NCBI GenBank assembly: GCA_048013815.1
Contig: CM106586.1
Location: forward strand, 1,984,001 to 2,047,900
Direction: 5' to 3'
DNA length: 63,900 nt
Source: Setoptus koraiensis
Lineage: Eukaryota > Animalia > Arthropoda
Shown here in pieces: positions 1 to 12,900 of the stretch (position 1 is its first letter; each line of letters starts with the position of its first letter). The notes beneath the pieces are model-generated. The model saw only the letters and a list, made by a program, of their open reading frames with translations. It was not told where the DNA came from and did no database searches. The translations under genes and the position numbers were made by a program.

Positions 1-1
1 C

Positions 2-3000
2 GCCACAGGCTCACTAGATGGCGATCTACTGAATGCACAAAATGCGGCGGCTTACACAAACTACAGACCAATTCAACAAGATGTTGTTTCCGGTGAGTTT
101 GGAGGAGAGCTAGCAGCAAACCGATTCGAGTCACAAACAGCATCTAGTGCACATGACAGCAGTGGCGCATTTTCACCAAATTTTCATGTCGGATTATCGT
201 TGGATCGAGCTACACGACCCCGAGCCAGTTTCATGAGCGCTCCAGAATTAGAATTTATGAGTTCTGTGTCGCAGCAAGAACAAATGGGCAACAACTTAGA
301 GGGAGCTACTGGTGCACGAGAGACACTTTCACAACCTTTCGCCACTGAACATTTTGCAGCAATCAACAAGTTTGACAAGCTGAACGATGCTGACAAGATG
401 AGCGATCTAGCTGGGTCTGCATTTTCATTTGGTCACGAGGCACAACTCAATGCCATGCCATCCATGGCCGTAGATTATCAACAACAGCAGCAGATGCAGC
501 AAAATGAGTATCTCAATGGTGGCTATTGGCCAACAATTGATGGCAAGTCGTTTGAAGAACAGCAGCCATCTACAGTGAGAGAATTGAATCTAGCTAATTT
601 GAAACAGATACAAAACACAGAAACAGTCGCGATACTAGCAGCGCCGCAAAGTACCCCTATCGGGCAACCAACTGGCAGTATGCAAATACCGTTAGATGGA
701 AAAGATGAGCAAACACAATTGTCATCTCAACCTATTCCAACAAACCTGTCACCTCTGACTGCTGCCAGTCAGACGGTCAGTATTGATGCATCGAAGGAGT
801 CGCAAAGTGCCGATAATATGATCGCTTCATCTGTGTCAGCTTCGACTGACTTGCCACAACCAACAGTTGCTAGTGCATCAGTAGCTACAACAGCTACTTC
901 AGCTGCCGAAAACTCGTCGAATGCAGTAGCTTCGAATGATGTCCGAGCGGCAACATCCGGGCCCAGCATTGTTGCAAGTGGCAACAGTAGTGCAATAAGT
1001 GCGACAAATGAACTTTCAACTATTGCGCAATCATCGACAGCTAACGACATCACGAATCCTTCCTCAATTGTTGACAGTTCAGCAACACTCCTGAAGGAGC
1101 GGATAGTTGATCCGTTGACAACTGTGGAAAAAGGTATCCTAGACAGCGTTTCGAATGCCTTCCAAATACTTGGCTCAACTGCTCAAACAGTGACTAGTGA
1201 AGCATCAACTGCATCAGTAGTGACTGACAATGTTGCCAATAGCCAATCTAGTAGTTCCAGATCAGGCCTAGAAGTATCACAGACTTCCAATACAAATGGT
1301 GCGACTGCATCAGTCGAAGTGACTTCCGGTGGCAACTCGAATACGACAGTAAGCTCAATTGTTGCTGATGAAACAATTTCTCAAACTAATTCGAGCCAAT
1401 CATCAGTTTCAACCAGCGACACGAGTGATGTAACCAGATCTTCCGTTTCTACGTCTTCGTCGGCAACCGTTGACAATGGCCAGACGCAAAATACTTCGGA
1501 GAGTGCTTCATCGGCCACAACGACGGCTTCCTCAGCGAGCTCGTCAGCAGTCGCAAGCAACACTGACCAGTTGATAGGCGATAGCAGAAGCGCACTGCCA
1601 GATTCTGTTCCAGCGAGTAATCAACAACTTTCGATGAAAAATCAATCTTCGCAGGCATTGAATGAGAACGTGCAAACTGACCAGAAGCAATTATCTCAAA
1701 CAATCGTTACCAGTGGCAATCCATCTGTGAATACTGGCAGCAATCAACTAAAAATAGATGCAAACTCTCAGGCTCTTGCCGAGAGCATTGGATTGAGCTC
1801 CACTGGAACGTTGTCACCTGCAAAAGTCGTTGATTCGAACAATTTTGCTCAAACGTCTTCTATAAGCCCCTCGATAGGTAACACAGACATAGAATCCAGC
1901 TCTGATGAAAATGCACAGAGCAAAATCAATGAATTGCAGCCCGTTGATCAGGTTGCTGGTCAACAAGACATGTCGGGATTTTTTCAAAAAGGTCTTCAAC
2001 TGCCCGACAACCCATACATTGATCAGTACCCTCAGTTTGATGCTTATGGCAACAATTTGGCTGGTTTTATGTCAGCACAAGGCCAGTCGAGAGCTTCGGC
2101 GATAGACGCCCCCGAAAACAGTTTGCCAAGTGGTTTCACGCCGGTTCAATCGCTAAGCTCTTCGGGTGGCTCGAATATTGCATCTAGCAACTCTGAATTG
2201 GTTAGAGAAGAGAATGAATTGCAGCTCGGCAACAAGTTTGTTCGTGAGCAAGATATTCAAGCTCTGCCTCAAATGGATAGACGATTTCTCTACAATCCTT
2301 ACATGAATATCGCAACAAGCCCATTTATGAGTCAACAATTTGAGACTTTTAGTAACAATCTAGTGGGAGCCAACGCAGCACCTTCATCGGCCGCATTTCA
2401 GGATGATTATCCGCCAAGTTCATCAACTCCCGCAATTGCTTCATCGGCTGCCACGACAGGTTTCTCTGAAACCTCATCAGAAGTAGGAAGCAACACTGAC
2501 CAATCGATAGGCGACAGCGGGAGTGAGTTTTCAGTCACGGCTAACCAATTGGCAATGAAGAGTTCATCTGCGAGCAGATCAGAGGAGGAGAACATTTCTC
2601 TTCAAACTGATCAAAGGCAAATTTCTCCAATTGACACCGCTGCCTATCCAACTATGGATACTGTCAGTAATCAATTGAAAAACGATGCAGACTCTCAGCA
2701 TATTGCCAGCAGCACCGAATTGACATCGACAGATATGCTGTCACTTGCAAAGGCCAATGAATTAGATGGTTCTGCTCAAGCGCCTTCGCCAAGCTCCTCA
2801 TTGGGTAGCTCAGACGATGCGTCTGTCTCTAACGATATTTCGAGTGGAACAACCAATGACTTTCAGTTCGCCGACCAGATTGCTGGTCAGCAAGACACTT
2901 CCGGTTTTCCTCTTCTCTATCCACAAATACCATACAATCCATACATGAATGGTTATCCCGAATATCCTATGTTCCATGCTTATGGCAACAACTTCGCTGG

Positions 3001-5185
3001 ACTCATACCAGCAGAAGATGAGCTTAGAACATCGACGAACATTGAGACCCCAGAAATAGTCGCATCTGCGAGCCAGGCAACTATTCCAGCTCTAAGCTTA
3101 TCTGGTATCTCAGACACCGCTAGCTTGAAAATTGATACAGGCTCTCGGGCTCTTGTCACCGGGCCAAGCTCGACTGGTATTTTGTCAACAGTTAAAGGCA
3201 ACAATTTGGCTCAATCGTCCTCATTGAGCTCCTCATTGGGTAGATCAGATCTTGCATCCAGTGCCACTAACATTCCAAGAACAACTACCGATGAATCGCA
3301 GCTTGCCAACGAAATTGTTGGTCAGCAGGTCACTTCCGGTTTTCCTCTTTTCTATCCACAAATACCATACAATCCATACATGACTCAGTATCCCGATTAT
3401 CCTCAGTTTGGTGCTGCCGGCGACAATTTGGCTCAATTCACTGCACCAGAGAATGAGCTGAGAACATCGACGAATATTGGGGCGCAAGAAAGAGTCTTAC
3501 ATGCGAGTCAGGCAACTATTCCAGCTCTAAGCTTAGCTGGTAGCTCAGAGGCTGCATCTACCACCGCTAGTTCGGAAATTGATGCAGACTCTCAGGTTCT
3601 TGCCAAGGGCACCGGATCAAGCTTGGCTGGTATGTTGTCACCAGAGAAGGTCGAAAAATTGGATAGTTTTGCTCAAGCGCCTTCTATACAGTCTTCAATA
3701 GGTAACTTTGAAGTCGCATACAACGCCGATGACATTACGCAGAGAGAAATCGACGAGTTGCCGCTCATAAATAAGATTGTGCAGCAGGACATTTCAGGTT
3801 TTTCCCCGAGAGTTCCTCAGTTGCCTTACAATCAATACCTGACTCAGTATCCAGAATATCCCATGTTTCATGCTTATGGCAACAATTTAGCTGAGTTCAT
3901 GTCTGCAGAGGAACAGTTGAGAGCATCGACAAACATTGGGATCCCAGAACGAATTGCATCCGCAAGTTATGCAACAATTCCATCTTTAAGCTTACCAGAT
4001 AGCCCAGAGGTTGAATCCAAGTTGAAAATAGATTCAGACTCTAAGGCTCTTGTTGAGAGCACTGGGTTGAGCTCGATGTTGTCACCAGAAAAGGTCGACA
4101 GACCGACTGTTTCCCTGAAGTCGTCATTGGGCAGTTCAGACGTAGCATCTATCACCACTGACAGCTCTGGCGGAGAAACCAATGAAATGCAGATCAGCAA
4201 CCAGATTGTCGATCAGCAAGATATATCCGGTTTTCCTCCGTTCGATCCGCGAATGCCATACAATCAATTCATGACTCAGTATCCTGAGTATCCCATGTTT
4301 CATGCTTATGGCGATAATTTCGCTGGATTTGTGTCCAAAGAGGAAGAGCTGAAAGCATCGATGAACGCTGAGGCCCGTGGAGGAATTGTATCGGTTGCTC
4401 CAACTTCGATCATATCAGGCAGCTCAGATGATATATCTAGCGCTGCTAAGTTGACGACCGAAAATAAGATGTCTCAAGACAGATTAACTCTTCCCCAGAT
4501 AGATTCACAGTTGCCTTTCAATCCGTATATTCCATATATTAATGATGTCAATCTTTGGCCCGGTGCTGCCCGAGACGCAAACTATCTAGTTCGCCCAGAA
4601 GCTACTATGACGGATCAAGTCATGAATGTTTCTAAAACAGTCTCATCCGGAGATCAGTTGAGAACTTCAGCGGATTCAGATACGTCTGCGAGTTCCACGA
4701 TGGCCATGTCCGCCCCAGAACTTCGACCTAAGGCTGATATCTCAAGAGTACAGGCTATTGATATGATTCGAGGCGAACAACAAGGCTCATTGGGGGCTTC
4801 TGAGATGGATAGTGTCAATGATCAATTGAAAATTGATTCAACTCTCCAAAATCAGCAATTTCTTCCTGCCCAGGGCATTGGTTACTCACCTTACATCCCG
4901 CCATCACCGATGGAACAATCAGATGTAGCAGCTGGCCTCGTGCGAGCATCGTTATCGAGTTCCTCGACAGGTAGCTCGGATGTTGTGTCCAGTAGCAGCC
5001 AAGCTGTGGCAAACGCGAATGACTTGCAGCCAATGAACATTTTAAATTCCCCTACATTGAATCCGCGAATGCCATATAATCCATACGACTATTTTAATCC
5101 TCAGCTCAACAATTACGCGCCATCTTTCTCTGATATCCCGAATATCCTATGTTCCACGCCTATGGCGAAAATATGGCTGGATTAA
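2..5185 (+). CDS. 5'-truncated N-terminal part of a giant Ser/Ala/Thr-rich repetitive protein with Tyr/Pro motifs (structural, probably secreted; function inferred)
   Basis: The frame of ORF 200..5185 is open back to position 2 (ATGSLDGDLL...), so the start lies left of the window. It has eight or so QQD-SGF..PYNPY..YP(E/D)YP.F.AYGNN-type modules separated by Ser-rich spacers. The last 17 codons (after 5134) are an out-of-frame reading of the same motif. Confidence 0.8.
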   Translation, partial: ATGSLDGDLLNAQNAAAYTNYRPIQQDVVSGEFGGELAANRFESQTASSAHDSSGAFSPNFHVGLSLDRATRPRASFMSAPELEFMSSVSQQEQMGNNLEGATGARETLSQPFATEHFAAINKFDKLNDADKMSDLAGSAFSFGHEAQLNAMPSMAVDYQQQQQMQQNEYLNGGYWPTIDGKSFEEQQPSTVRELNLANLKQIQNTETVAILAAPQSTPIGQPTGSMQIPLDGKDEQTQLSSQPIPTNLSPLTAASQTVSIDASKESQSADNMIASSVSASTDLPQPTVASASVATTATSAAENSSNAVASNDVRAATSGPSIVASGNSSAISATNELSTIAQSSTANDITNPSSIVDSSATLLKERIVDPLTTVEKGILDSVSNAFQILGSTAQTVTSEASTASVVTDNVANSQSSSSRSGLEVSQTSNTNGATASVEVTSGGNSNTTVSSIVADETISQTNSSQSSVSTSDTSDVTRSSVSTSSSATVDNGQTQNTSESASSATTTASSASSSAVASNTDQLIGDSRSALPDSVPASNQQLSMKNQSSQALNENVQTDQKQLSQTIVTSGNPSVNTGSNQLKIDANSQALAESIGLSSTGTLSPAKVVDSNNFAQTSSISPSIGNTDIESSSDENAQSKINELQPVDQVAGQQDMSGFFQKGLQLPDNPYIDQYPQFDAYGNNLAGFMSAQGQSRASAIDAPENSLPSGFTPVQSLSSSGGSNIASSNSELVREENELQLGNKFVREQDIQALPQMDRRFLYNPYMNIATSPFMSQQFETFSNNLVGANAAPSSAAFQDDYPPSSSTPAIASSAATTGFSETSSEVGSNTDQSIGDSGSEFSVTANQLAMKSSSASRSEEENISLQTDQRQISPIDTAAYPTMDTVSNQLKNDADSQHIASSTELTSTDMLSLAKANELDGSAQAPSPSSSLGSSDDASVSNDISSGTTNDFQFADQIAGQQDTSGFPLLYPQIPYNPYMNGYPEYPMFHAYGNNFAGLIPAEDELRTSTNIETPEIVASASQATIPALSLSGISDTASLKIDTGSRALVTGPSSTGILSTVKGNNLAQSSSLSSSLGRSDLASSATNIPRTTTDESQLANEIVGQQVTSGFPLFYPQIPYNPYMTQYPDYPQFGAAGDNLAQFTAPENELRTSTNIGAQERVLHASQATIPALSLAGSSEAASTTASSEIDADSQVLAKGTGSSLAGMLSPEKVEKLDSFAQAPSIQSSIGNFEVAYNADDITQREIDELPLINKIVQQDISGFSPRVPQLPYNQYLTQYPEYPMFHAYGNNLAEFMSAEEQLRASTNIGIPERIASASYATIPSLSLPDSPEVESKLKIDSDSKALVESTGLSSMLSPEKVDRPTVSLKSSLGSSDVASITTDSSGGETNEMQISNQIVDQQDISGFPPFDPRMPYNQFMTQYPEYPMFHAYGDNFAGFVSKEEELKASMNAEARGGIVSVAPTSIISGSSDDISSAAKLTTENKMSQDRLTLPQIDSQLPFNPYIPYINDVNLWPGAARDANYLVRPEATMTDQVMNVSKTVSSGDQLRTSADSDTSASSTMAMSAPELRPKADISRVQAIDMIRGEQQGSLGASEMDSVNDQLKIDSTLQNQQFLPAQGIGYSPYIPPSPMEQSDVAAGLVRASLSSSSTGSSDVVSSSSQAVANANDLQPMNILNSPTLNPRMPYNPYDYFNPQLNNYAPSFSDIPNILCSTPMAKIWLD

Positions 5186-8100
5186 CCACAGCAGAGCAGG
5201 AGATGATAGCTCCGGCGAGCATTGAAGCCTCGAAAAGCAGCCCCTTTGCTGGTTATGCATCAGTTCCATCTCTAAGCCCATCAGGTAGCTCAAATGTCGC
5301 ATCTGTCACCACTGGCATTGCACTGTCGAAAGCATCCTCAAATATTCCAGCTGATACGAAGCGTGCATCGAATAACGATCTGTTATTTGAGACTCGCAAG
5401 CCGATTGAGACAGAACTGGGTAGCTCTATACCGAGCTCTCCCCAAATGTTTGATTCCAACGGTAGATATTTGCCTACATTTGATCCATGGTTGCAATCAC
5501 GGCCAGTTATAGAGCCACCAATCTTTTACAGTGATAAAAGAATGGCCTATGCACCTATTTTGACTTCAAATCCAATCGACCGGGATGCAGTCAGCCTGTC
5601 ACACTCCCTGCCCGAACTTATTCCGGTTGTGCCCATCAGTGTGCCATCAGCAACAGGTACCGCTGTTGCTTCCTCAGACTCTAATGGACAATCAAGAATC
5701 GAAGGTGATCTGGCGATACGTAGCGATTCACTGGCTGAGACACGACCGTTACGTGCTGCGGCCCCATCGATCACATCAGCCTCCCCAGGTTGGTCAGCGG
5801 CAACCACGCCAATTCCGTCTGCAATCACAACAGCAGTTGACGGCAACATTGACCAATTGATGGGCGACAGCATTAGTGGACTTTCACAACTCTTTCCTGT
5901 AGGCGAACAACTTCCGATGACAAGTCTAACCTCACAGGTTCTAAATGGCATATCACCTACTGATCAGAGGCAAGTATCTGCAACGGTGATCGATGGCTAT
6001 CCCCAAAATGATGTTGCAAATCAATTGAAAATTGATGTAGACTCTAAGGGGATTGTCCAGAACAACGGCTTGAGCCAGATCGACATGTCTCCTTCAAAAC
6101 TTGACAAATCGGCTGGTTTTTCTCAGAAGAATTCTCGAGGAAACTCCAACCTCTCAGCCAGCACTACTGAACTTGGAGCAGAAGTAACCAATGATTCACA
6201 GCTCGCTGACAAGGTTGATAGTAAACAAGAAATATCTGAATTTTTTCGGAGAGATACTCTATTGCCCTACAATCCATACATTATTCAGCAGCCTCAGTTT
6301 GATGTTTATAGCAACGATTTGGCCCGTTTTATGTCAGCACAAGACCAGTCAAGAGCTTCAACGATAAGCGCCTCCCAAGGAACGTCAGCTAGTGTCAAAC
6401 CGATCGCACCTATTAGGTCCTTAGGTATCTCGGATGTCGCATCTGGTAACACTGGCATCGTTAGAGCAGCGAATGAATTGCAGCTCGACAACCAGATTGC
6501 CGGTGAGCAAGACATTCGACCTTTTATTCCAATGGATCAACAATTTCCTTACAATCCATACATGAATATCCCAAATAGTCCCTTTATGCGTGATGTTGAT
6601 CGACAATTTGAGACTTTTAGCAACAATTTAGTCGGAGCCAACACAGAACCTTCTTCTGCAGCCTTCGAAAATAGTCAGTTGCAAAGTTCATCCAATTTAG
6701 CAAGGGCTTCATCGGCTGCCATGACAGATTTCTCTGTAACCTCTCCAGCGATTACGAGCAATGCTGCCGATTTTATTGGCAACAGTGAGAGCGGACTCTC
6801 TGATGTCGTTCCGGTCGAAAATGAACAATCGGCAACGAACAGTCTATCTGCGAAGAGATCCGATATTTTGAATCAAAAATATCAAAGTCAAATATCTCCA
6901 ATTGTCACCGATTCATCCTTGAATACTGTCGGTAATCAATTAGAAGTTGATAAAGACTCTCAGGCTTTTGCCATGAGTGCTGGATTGAGATACGCTGGAA
7001 CTTTGTCAGCTGCAAAAGTCAACGAAGCGGATGGCTTTGCTCAGAGGTCTTCACTGAGCTCCTCATTGGGTAGCTCAGACGTCGCACCTACCAACAATCA
7101 TATTCCATGGGGGCCAGCTAATGAATTGCAGCTCGCCGACAATATTGTCAATCTGCAGGACATTTCAGGTTTTTCCCCGAGAGTTCCTCAGTTGCCTTAC
7201 AATCAATACCTGACTCAGTATCCAGAATATCCCATGTTTCATGCTTATAGCAACAATTTAGCTGAGTTCATGTCTGCAGAGGAACAGTTGAGAGCATCGA
7301 CAAACATTGGGATCCCAGAACGAATTGCATCCGCAAGTTATGCAACAATTCCATCTTTAAGCTTACCAGATAGCCCAGAGGTTGAATCCAAGTTGAAAAT
7401 AGATTCAGACTCTAAGGCTCTTGTTGAGAGCACTGGGTTGAGCTCGATGTTGTCACCAGAAAAGGTCGACAGACCGACTGTTTCCCTGAAGTCGTCATTG
7501 GGCAGTTCAGACGTAGCATCTATCACCACTGACAGCTCTGGCGGAGAAACCAATGAAATGCAGATCAGCAACCAGATTGTCGATCAGCAAGATATATCCG
7601 GTTTTCCTCCGTTCGATCCGCGAATGCCATACAATCAATTCATGACTCAGTATCCTGAGTATCCCATGTTTCATGCTTATGGCGATAATTTCGCTGGATT
7701 TGTGTCCAAAGAGGAAGAGCTGAAAGCATCGATGAACGCTGAGGCCCGTGGAGGAATTGTATCGGTTGCTCCAACTTCGATCATATCAGGCAGCTCAGAT
7801 GATATATCTAGCGCTACTAAGTTGACGACCGAAAATATGATGTCTCAAGACAGATTAACTCTTCCCCAGATAGATTCACAGTTGCCTTTCAATCCGTATA
7901 TTTCGACCATCGCAAATAATCCATATATTAATGATGTCAATCTTTGGCCCGGTGCTGCCCGAGACGCAAACTATCTAGTTCGCCCAGAAGCTACTATGAC
8001 GGATCAAGTCATGAATGTTGCTAAAACAGTCTCATCCGAAGATCAGTTGAGAACTTCAGCGGGTTCAGATACGCTGGCGAGTTCCTCGGTGGCCATTCTC

Positions 8101-9936
8101 CAAAATCAGCAATTTCTTCCTGCCCAGGGCATTGGTTACTCACCTTACATCCCGCCATCACCGATGGAACAATCAGATGCAGCAGCTGGCCTCGTGCGAG
8201 CATCGTTATTGAGTTCCTCAACAGGTAACTCGGATGTTGCGTCCAGTAGCAGCCAAGCTGTGGCAAGCGCGAATGACTTGCAGCCAATGAACATTTTAGA
8301 TTCCCCTACATTTAATCCGCGAATGCCATATAATCCATACGACTATTTTAATCCTCAGCTCAACAATTACGCGCCATCTTTCTCTGATTCGAGTTTTGCA
8401 GAAGATCAGGTGAGAGGTTCAATTGAAACATCTTCGTTCGCAAACGAGCAATCCTCTCTCAATCGATTGAAAGTTGATACAGATTATCAGCCTGTTGCAC
8501 AGAATGTCGAATCGAGTTCACCCTCAATAGATAACAAATCTGCTGGTCTTGCTCCAGCGTCCTCTTCAATCTCCGAATTGGGTGGATCAAGCGTCGCATC
8601 CAGCAGTGCTGACATCGTTAGAGCAGCGAATGAATTGCAGCTCGACAACCAGATTGCCGGTGAGCAAGACATTCGACCTCTTATTCCAATGGATCAACAA
8701 TTTCCTTACAATCCATACATGAATATCCCAGATAGTCCCTTTATGCGTGACGTTGATCGACAATTTGAGACTTATAGCAACAACTTTGTCGGAGCTAATG
8801 CAGCATCTACGACCACCTTAGATGATGATCGGATGCAAATTTCATCAACTCCTGCAAGTGCTCCATCGCTTGTCTCAACAGGTTCCTCTTCAGCCTCATC
8901 AGTAGTTGGGAGAAATACTGACCAATGGATCGGTGACAGTGAGAGCGGACTCTCTGATGTCGTTCCTGTCAAAAATGAACAATTGGCAACGAACAGTCTA
9001 TCTGCAGAAAGATCAGCCATTTCACTTCAGACTGATCAGATGCAAATATCTCCAGTTTTGACTAATGGCCACACATCCTCTATCATTAATCTATTGAAAA
9101 ATGATGGAGACTCTCAGTTTGTTGGCATGGGCGCCCGATTGGGCTCGACTGGTTTGATATCGCCTGCAGTTGTCGACGAATCAATTGGTTCTGCCCAAGC
9201 GTCTTCTCTGGGCTCCTTAATGGGTAGCTCAGACGTTGCATCCAGTGCCACTGACATTCCACGAACAACAACTGATGAATCGCAGCTTGCCAACGAAATT
9301 GTTGGTCAGCACGACACTTCCGGTTTTCCTCTTTTCTATCCACAAATACCATACAATCCATACATGAATGGTTATCCCGAATATCCTATGTTTCATGCTT
9401 ATGGCAACAACTTCGCTGGACTCATACCAGCAGAAGATGAGCTTAGAACATCGACGAACATTGAGACCCCAGAAATAGTCTCATCTGCGAGCCAGGCAAC
9501 TATTCCAGCTCTAAGCTTATCTGGTAGCTCAGACACCGCTAGCTTGAAAATTGATGCAGGCTCTCGGGCTCTTGTCACCGGGCCAAGCTCGACTGGTATT
9601 TTGTCACCAGCTGAAGGCAGCAATTTGGCTCAATCGTCCTCATTGAGCTCCTCATTGGGTAGATCAGATCTTGCATCCAGTGCAACTGACATTCCAAGAA
9701 CAACTACCGATGAATCGCAGCTTGCCAACGAAATTGTTGGTCAGCAGGACACTTTCGGTTTTCCTCTTTTCTATCCACAAATACCATACAATCCATACGT
9801 GACTCAGTATCCCGATTATCCTCAGTTTGGTGCTTCTGGCGACAATTTGGCCCAATTCACTGCACCAGAGAATGAGCTGAGAACATCGACGAATATTGGG
9901 GCGCAAGAAAGAGTCTTACATGCGAGTCAGGCAACT
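2885..9936 (+). repeat. Intragenic duplication: 2885..3517 repeated at 9304..9936
   Basis: Collinear, near-identical 633-bp blocks at a constant offset of 6419. Confidence 0.9.
3785..8388 (+). repeat. Intragenic duplication: 3785..5134 repeated at 7156..8388
   Basis: Aligned by eye: near-identical at offsets 3371, 3389 and 3254, with an 18-nt insertion in copy 2 (7903-7920) and a ~135-nt segment present only in copy 1. Confidence 0.95.
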
Positions 9937-12900
9937 GCTCCAACTCCTATTTTATCAGGTAGCTTAGAGCCTGGATCTAGCATTGCTAGATTGAAAAACG
10001 CTGCAGACTCTCAGGATATTGCCATGAGTACCGAATCGATATCCACCGGTATGCTATCACCTGCAAAGGCTGATAAGGCTCTTGCTGCAAACTCCCAGGC
10101 TCTTGACATGGTTGTCGGCTTGAGCTCGAATGATCTTGCTCAAGTGCTTCCACTGAGCTCCTCTTTGGGCAGCTCAGACGTTGCGTCTGTCTCTAACGAT
10201 ATTTCGAGTGGAACAACCAATGACTTTCAGTTCGCCGACCAGATTGCTGGTCAGCAAGACACTTCCGGTTTTCCTCTTTTCTATCCACAAATACCTTACA
10301 ATCCATACATGACTCAGTATCCCGATTATCCTCAGTTTGGTGCTTCTGGCGACAATTTGGCTCAATTCACAGCACCAGAAAATGAGCTGAGAACATCGAC
10401 GAAATTTGAGGCCCCAGGAATAGTCTTATCTGCGAGTCAGGCAACTGTTCCTGCTCTAAGTTCATCTGGTAGCTCAGAGGCTGTATCCAGCGCCTCCAGT
10501 TCGAAAATTGATGCAGACTCTCAGGTTCTTGCCAAGGGCACCGGATCAAGCTTGGCTGGTACGTTTCAGATAGATGCAGACTCCGAGATTCTCGCTAAGA
10601 CTGGATCCAGCTTGAATGTTTTGTCGTTACCAGCGAACATCGTAAAATCGGCTGGTTTCGCTCGAGCGTCTTCTCTGAGCTCCTCATCTGGTAGCTCAGA
10701 CGTTGCAGCCTTCACAACTGACATTTCGGGTAATTCCAATGAATTGCGGATTTCTGAACAGATTGCTGATCGGGACACTTCAGGTTTTGCTCCTTTACAC
10801 CCACGAATTCCATACAATCCATTCGATAATTTTTATCCTCAGCCCAGCAATTACGCGCCCTCTTTCGCTGATTCGAGTTTTGCAGAAGATCAGCTGAGAC
10901 GTTCAGCACAAACATCTCCATTCGGAGACGAGCAATCCTCTCTCAAAAGTGTCAAGAATCATTTGAAAGTTGATGCAGATTATCAGCCTGTTGCACAGAA
11001 TGTCGGATTGAGCTTCACTAGAGCATTGTCACCTGCGAAATTCATGGAATCAAATGATTTTGCTCAAGCATCTTCGTCAATCTCCGCATTAGATAGCTCA
11101 GACGCAGCATCTAGCATCTCTAACTCCGTGCTGGATGCATCCAATGAATTGCAGCTCGGCAACAAGTTTGCCGGTGAGCAAGACATTCGACCTTTTATTC
11201 CAATGGATCAACAATTTCCTTACAATCCATACATGAATATCCCAAATAGCCCCTTTATGCGTGATGTTGATCGACAATTTGAGACTTTTAGCAACAATTT
11301 AGTCGGAGCCAACACAGAACCTTCTTCTGCAGCCTTCGAAAATAGTCAGTTGCAAAGTTCATCCAATTTAGCAAGGGCTTCATCGGCTGCCATGACAGAT
11401 TTCTCTGTAACCTCTCCAGCGATTACGAGCAATGCTGCCGATTTTATTGGCAACAGTGAGAGCGGACTCTCTGATGTCGTTCCTGTCAAAAATGAACAAT
11501 TGGCAACGAACAGTCTATCTGCAGAGAGATCAGCCATTTCACTTCAGACTGATCAGAGTCTAATATCTCCATCTGTCACCATTGGCTATCCACCTGCGAA
11601 TACTGTGAGTTATCAATTTGGAGTCGATGCAGACTTCAATGCTGCAGCCCACAACACCGAATTAATTTCATCTTCATCAGACGAAAAATCGGCTGGTTTG
11701 GCTCAAGCATACTCTCCGATTTCCGCATCGGAAAGTGCCAGCATCACTGACATTTCGAAAGGAGCCACCGATGAATTGCATCTTGGCAACCAGATTGTCG
11801 GTCTGCAAGACATTTCCGATTTTCCTCAATTCAATCCACAAATGACATACAATCCATTCATAAATATAGCACCTAGTCCATTCATGAATAATGTTGACCA
11901 GCAATTTGGGGCTTTCAGCAACAATCTAAACCAATTTAGAGCTGAAACGGATCAACTGAAATCGAGTACTTCAGCAACCTCATCAGACGTCGCAGCAAGT
12001 GAATCGGGAGCTTCAAACTTTGCCGATGTATCTGCGAAAGCTGCAGCCGTAACCCCGAAACTTATATCCCTTCAAGAGAGAGCAATGAGTGATGGCCAGC
12101 TTCCAGTGATAAGCGATCGCATCGAGGCCAATGTCGGGCATTTGAGCCGAGACCAATCTGAAATGCTTGCTGCTGACGGTAACATCCTGCCGAACATCGA
12201 TCCCTTCTTGCAATTGAGGCCAGTTATGGAGCCATCAGTCTATTACAGTAATAGTAGAATGGCTCCTGAGCCGGTTCTTAGCGCTGCCAGCAACGAACAA
12301 TCGGCAATGAACGGTTTATCTGCACCGATCTCAAATGATATAGTACATGATGATCAGATGCAAATATCGCCAATTGCCACTAATGGTTATTCCTTGAATA
12401 CTGTCGGTAATCAGTTGAAAATTGATGCAAACTCTCAGGCTTTCGCTGAGAGCATCGGATCGAGCTCGAGTGGTATGTTATCACCAGCTCAAGTCGACGA
12501 ATCAAGTGGTTTTATTCAAGCGTCTCCTCTGAGCTCCTCATTGGGTGGCTCAGACGTTGCATCCATCATCACTGATATTCCGAGAGCAACAACAATTGAA
12601 TTGCAGCTTCCAGATCAGATTGCTAGTCCGCATGATGCTTCGACCTCTCGTCCCTTCGAACCACGAATGCCATACATGACCCATTATCCCGAGTATCCTC
12701 AGCTTGTTGCTTACGGCAACAATGTGGCTGGATTCACTTCAGCAGAGGAAGAACTGCGAGCATCGACGAACATTAGGGCCCCAGAGCGATTTGTATCGGC
12801 AAATCATGCAACAGTTCCATCTGCAAGCTTTTCAGGTAGCTCTGAGGCTATATCTAGCGCCGCTGGGTTGCAAATCGATGCAGACTCCGAGTTTCTCGCA

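Noticed and set aside
5131-5185. Programmed -1 ribosomal frameshift linking the two giant ORFs
   Set aside because: There is no X XXY YYZ slippery heptamer in the 52-nt overlap. An indel or rearrangement at the duplication boundary explains it better.
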